DNA from: Acidobacteriota bacterium
Lineage (GTDB): Bacteria; Acidobacteriota; Thermoanaerobaculia; Multivoradales; UBA5704
DNA length: 64,000 bases
Direction: 5' to 3'
Assembly: GCA_040005235.1 (NCBI GenBank)
Contig: JBDTZG010000027.1
Span: forward strand, 1-64,000
Part shown: one piece after another, positions 60,987 through 64,000 of the stretch
Layout of the letters: every line of letters starts with the position of its first letter
How positions within the stretch are numbered: the first letter of the stretch is position 1
Position numbers and translations under genes: made by a program
Notes under the pieces: model-generated
Told to the model about the DNA's origin: nothing
Seen by the model: only the letters and a program-made list of their open reading frames with translations
Database searches by the model: none

Positions 60987-63295
60987 GCCGGCCGTTCTCC
61001 CCGCTCGCGGCGTCGGAGGGCAAAGGCGGCCAAAAGAGAAAGCGGCGTGAGGAGAGCCCCAGCCGCGAGCCCCGGCGGCCGATAGGTCAGATCGATCTCC
61101 CACCGTTCCCTCTCCCCTTCGGGAAGATCGATCGCGAGAGCTGTCCCAGCATCGGCCGGTTCGACCGCCAGCTCGCGCTCGGCCCGCTCGGTTCGTAAGA
61201 CGCCCCGCCAGCCGCGCGCCCAGGTTTCCGCCACGACCAAGCGGCGAGGGGGTGGATGCCTTGCGCCGTCGGCAGGCACCGCGATCCGCCAGAGCCCCGG
61301 CTCCGCCTCCTCGACCGTCAAATCACCGGCCGCCCCCCCCGAACCCGCCCAACGCACCCGCGGCAACGCCGTCGGCCGTTCCCAAACCCGGGCGTCGCCC
61401 CCGGCGTAGGCGAGGCGCCAGCCGGACACCGGAGCCGCCTCGGCCGGTCCCCCGAGCACCCAGCGCAGGCCCCAACGGTCGAGGCGCGGATCGCCCCAGC
61501 GCTCGATCGGCCGCAGATAGACCGGGTCCGAAGCCCCAAGCGCGCCATAGGCGGCTTCGAAGCTTGCGAGCTTCACCGGATCGTCGCCGCGCAGATCGCG
61601 CAGGCCGTACACCATCCCCGCGTTCGGGCGGAGCTGCTCGCCGAGCGCCGCTACCCTGCCGGATTGGCCCTTCAGGAAGCGCACCGCGCCGGTCTCCGGA
61701 TAGAAGCGGGAGAACGGCAGCCCCGGCACGATCCGCCCGTGAGCGATCAGCAGATCGATCACCAACAGGGCCGGCAGGCAGAGTACGACCCGCCAACGCC
61801 CTTCGATCGAGAGCTTCAACGAGAGCGCCGCGGCGAGCGCCAACCCTAAAACCACCAAGGTCCACGCGAGCTGCCCGGCGGCGAGATCGTGCTCGCGGAG
61901 CGGCCCGCCGAGGGCGATCCAAGCTGCCGCGAGCATCGCCGCCGCGACCGCGCCCCCCGCGAGCAGGCCGCGCCCTTTGCCGGCCAGCCAGCGATCGATT
62001 CCGACCGCCCCGAGCAGCGGCAGGCCCAGCTCCAGGCCGAAGATCAACCGATGGTGGGCTGCCCGACCGAGCAGCGGCAACGCGGCGAGCAGATCGTGGA
62101 CGCCCGGCAGGTGGTAGGCCCCGAGAAAGCAGAACGCCACGATCGCCGCGAGACCGAGAACACGGCGATCGGTTCGCCAGCCGCCCAACCCCGCCGCCGC
62201 GAACGGCAGCCCGAGCGCCCCGGCGTAGACGGCGGTCGCCGAATAATTGAACGGCCCCCACCAGGTTCCGAGCGCGGGATGGCCGTAGAGCTGCGGCAGA
62301 ACCAGCCGCAGCGGCTGGAGCAGCAGAAGGCCAAAGGGAGGCGAGGGACCCGAAGCCGTCGCGGCGCTTCCCCATTTGGCTGTAGCCGGAAGGAGCAGCG
62401 CGAGCGGTAGGATCTGGACCGCGGCGATCCCCGCGGCGAGCGCCCAGGCCGCGACGAAGCGGCCCCAGGTCGAAAGCGTCCGGCCGGCCGAACCGCGAAC
62501 CAGCAGATAGAGCCCGGCGAGCAGCGCCGTGTGCATCGACGTTTCCGGATGGCCGCCGAGCAGTTGAAACCCGGCCCCAAGCGCAAGCAACGCGCCGCCC
62601 GATCGGCCTGCCGCCAGCCGCTCGACCGCCCAGAGCACCCAGGGAACCAGCGCAAGGGCGTTGCCCATCGGGAAAAGTAGAAAGCTCACCAGCATGCCGG
62701 AGAGCGGAAATCCGATCGTCGCCCACAGGGCGGCCGGCCGCGAAAGTCCGATCTCCCGCGCGAACAACCAGGCGCCGCAGCCGGCGAGAACGATCCGCAG
62801 CCAGGGGAGGACGACGAAACCGATCTGGAGCGGCAGCAGAGCGAACAGCAGGTGGAGCGGAAAGAGCGGCGCCGATTGGCCGTTGGCCCCAAACGGCGCA
62901 CCGGCGAAGGAATAAGGATTCCAGCCTGGCCACCGCCCGGCGGCCAGCTCGCGCTTTAAAAACACCAGCCAGGGCTGGATCTGGAACGTGACGTCGCGTA
63001 GGACCGGATTGCCGGAGAGGCCGGCGAGCCCCGCTTCGCTCCCCGCCCAAGGGGCCACCGCTGCGAGATCCGCCGCCGGGCTGGGAATGCCGTCAGGGAT
63101 CGACAGTGCGGGGGCGAGCAGGGCGATGCCCATGCAGCCCGCGACCGCCCAGGGGAGCCCCAACTCGCCGAACCGGGACCGGAGCCCCGTCTCGTCGGGA
63201 GTCTCCGCCGAAACCGCCGGTTGCCGTCTCGGCCAGATCAATGGGAGGAGCGCCGCGAGCGCAAGCCACGGCAACGCGGGATTTATCGGACTCAC
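60983..63295 (-). CDS. YfhO-family multi-TM glycosyltransferase (GT-C)
   Basis: GTG at 63295; D..FQ.QPW, WNPY..AGAP..ANGQSA.LFPL, GHPET, YGL.D.RG.DP. Confidence 0.85.
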   Translation of the reverse strand: MSPINPALPWLALAALLPLIWPRRQPAVSAETPDETGLRSRFGELGLPWAVAGCMGIALLAPALSIPDGIPSPAADLAAVAPWAGSEAGLAGLSGNPVLRDVTFQIQPWLVFLKRELAAGRWPGWNPYSFAGAPFGANGQSAPLFPLHLLFALLPLQIGFVVLPWLRIVLAGCGAWLFAREIGLSRPAALWATIGFPLSGMLVSFLLFPMGNALALVPWVLWAVERLAAGRSGGALLALGAGFQLLGGHPETSMHTALLAGLYLLVRGSAGRTLSTWGRFVAAWALAAGIAAVQILPLALLLPATAKWGSAATASGPSPPFGLLLLQPLRLVLPQLYGHPALGTWWGPFNYSATAVYAGALGLPFAAAGLGGWRTDRRVLGLAAIVAFCFLGAYHLPGVHDLLAALPLLGRAAHHRLIFGLELGLPLLGAVGIDRWLAGKGRGLLAGGAVAAAMLAAAWIALGGPLREHDLAAGQLAWTLVVLGLALAAALSLKLSIEGRWRVVLCLPALLVIDLLIAHGRIVPGLPFSRFYPETGAVRFLKGQSGRVAALGEQLRPNAGMVYGLRDLRGDDPVKLASFEAAYGALGASDPVYLRPIERWGDPRLDRWGLRWVLGGPAEAAPVSGWRLAYAGGDARVWERPTALPRVRWAGSGGAAGDLTVEEAEPGLWRIAVPADGARHPPPRRLVVAETWARGWRGVLRTERAERELAVEPADAGTALAIDLPEGERERWEIDLTYRPPGLAAGALLTPLSLLAAFALRRRERGERPA

Positions 63296-64000
63296 ACTTT
63301 GCCTCGGGGGTTTTTGAAGCCAGGACGTCGCCGCAGGCGCATCAGGACGACGTCTCGCAGCGCCGAAAACGCCGCGCGCAACGGATCGACTTTCGAAGCG
63401 GCGGAATTGACCCAGATGACCCCCACCTCGGCGATCCGGAGCCCGCGCTTCCTGGCCAGCCAAAGCAGCTCGACGTCGTAGGCGAAACCGTCAATCGAAA
63501 GATCCACGGCGAGAGAGCGCGCCACCTGGCCATCGAACAGCTTGAAGCCGCATTGGGTGTCCGCGATCCCGCCCACGGCGAACAGGCGGATCACTTTGTT
63601 CCCCGCTTTGCCCAAAAGCACGCGGTAAAACGGCTGCCGCTCGCGCACGTCGGCCCCGCGGATCGCGCGGCTGCCGATTGCGATCTCGGCCTGATCTAAG
63701 TGCCCTTCGAGCTTCTCGATCTCCTCGATCGGGGTCGAGAAGTCGGCGTCCGAGACGAGCACCCGCTCGCCGACCGAAGCGAGCAGACCGGCTTTCACCG
63801 CCGCCCCTTTGCCGCGATTTTTCGGCAGGCGGATCGCGCGCACGCCCTGGCCGGCGAACCGCTCGGCCACCTCGACCGTCCGATCCAAGCTGCCATCGTC
63901 GGCGACCAGGATCTCGAAGCCCTGACCGGTCCGCGCCTGCCGTGCCGAGAGAAAGGCGATCGCGCTCTTTAAGCTCGGCCCCAGCCGCTCCTCCTCGTTG
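63292..64000 (-). CDS. polyprenyl-phosphate glycosyltransferase (DPM/DPG-like GT2), 5' end outside window
   Basis: NEEERL, DDGS.D.T, NRGKG.AV..G, SDADFS, DTQCGFKLF, FAYDVE. Confidence 0.92.
   Translation of the reverse strand, partial: NEEERLGPSLKSAIAFLSARQARTGQGFEILVADDGSLDRTVEVAERFAGQGVRAIRLPKNRGKGAAVKAGLLASVGERVLVSDADFSTPIEEIEKLEGHLDQAEIAIGSRAIRGADVRERQPFYRVLLGKAGNKVIRLFAVGGIADTQCGFKLFDGQVARSLAVDLSIDGFAYDVELLWLARKRGLRIAEVGVIWVNSAASKVDPLRAAFSALRDVVLMRLRRRPGFKNPRGKV

Overview
GC-rich bacterial DNA, probably Acidobacteriota (Thermoanaerobaculia-like; this is inferred from gene content and protein signatures). Bases 1-19.3 kb hold a continuous minus-strand str-S10-spc-alpha superoperon running from rpsL to rpoA, with rpoA cut by the window edge. 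Bases 19.7-25.3 kb are an accessory stretch ending at tRNA-Phe(GAA). It contains a methyltransferase, a DUF4344 peptidase, a hydrolase, a small secreted 8-Cys peptide, pseudogene debris, an inverted pair of 21-bp tandem arrays and a RHH/PIN toxin-antitoxin pair. Bases 25.3-53 kb are mixed. They include TusA, a Ser/Thr kinase-TPR protein, YHS, YfhO, an AT-richer metzincin/Ig islet, MidA, ADP-heptose genes, pilB, PduO, Hsp15, a CarH-type B12 photoreceptor, AI-2E, a DDR exonuclease, dinB, ORF6N and fumC. Bases 53-64 kb are a minus-strand surface-glycan modification operon. The two most striking signals: (1) the ORF6N gene encodes its LRSQIATSN motif with a perfect 29-bp palindrome, and the same palindrome is repeated on both flanks inside 35-bp direct repeats; (2) a five-repeat CarH-type operator overlies a near-consensus promoter that drives only a small orphan ORF.
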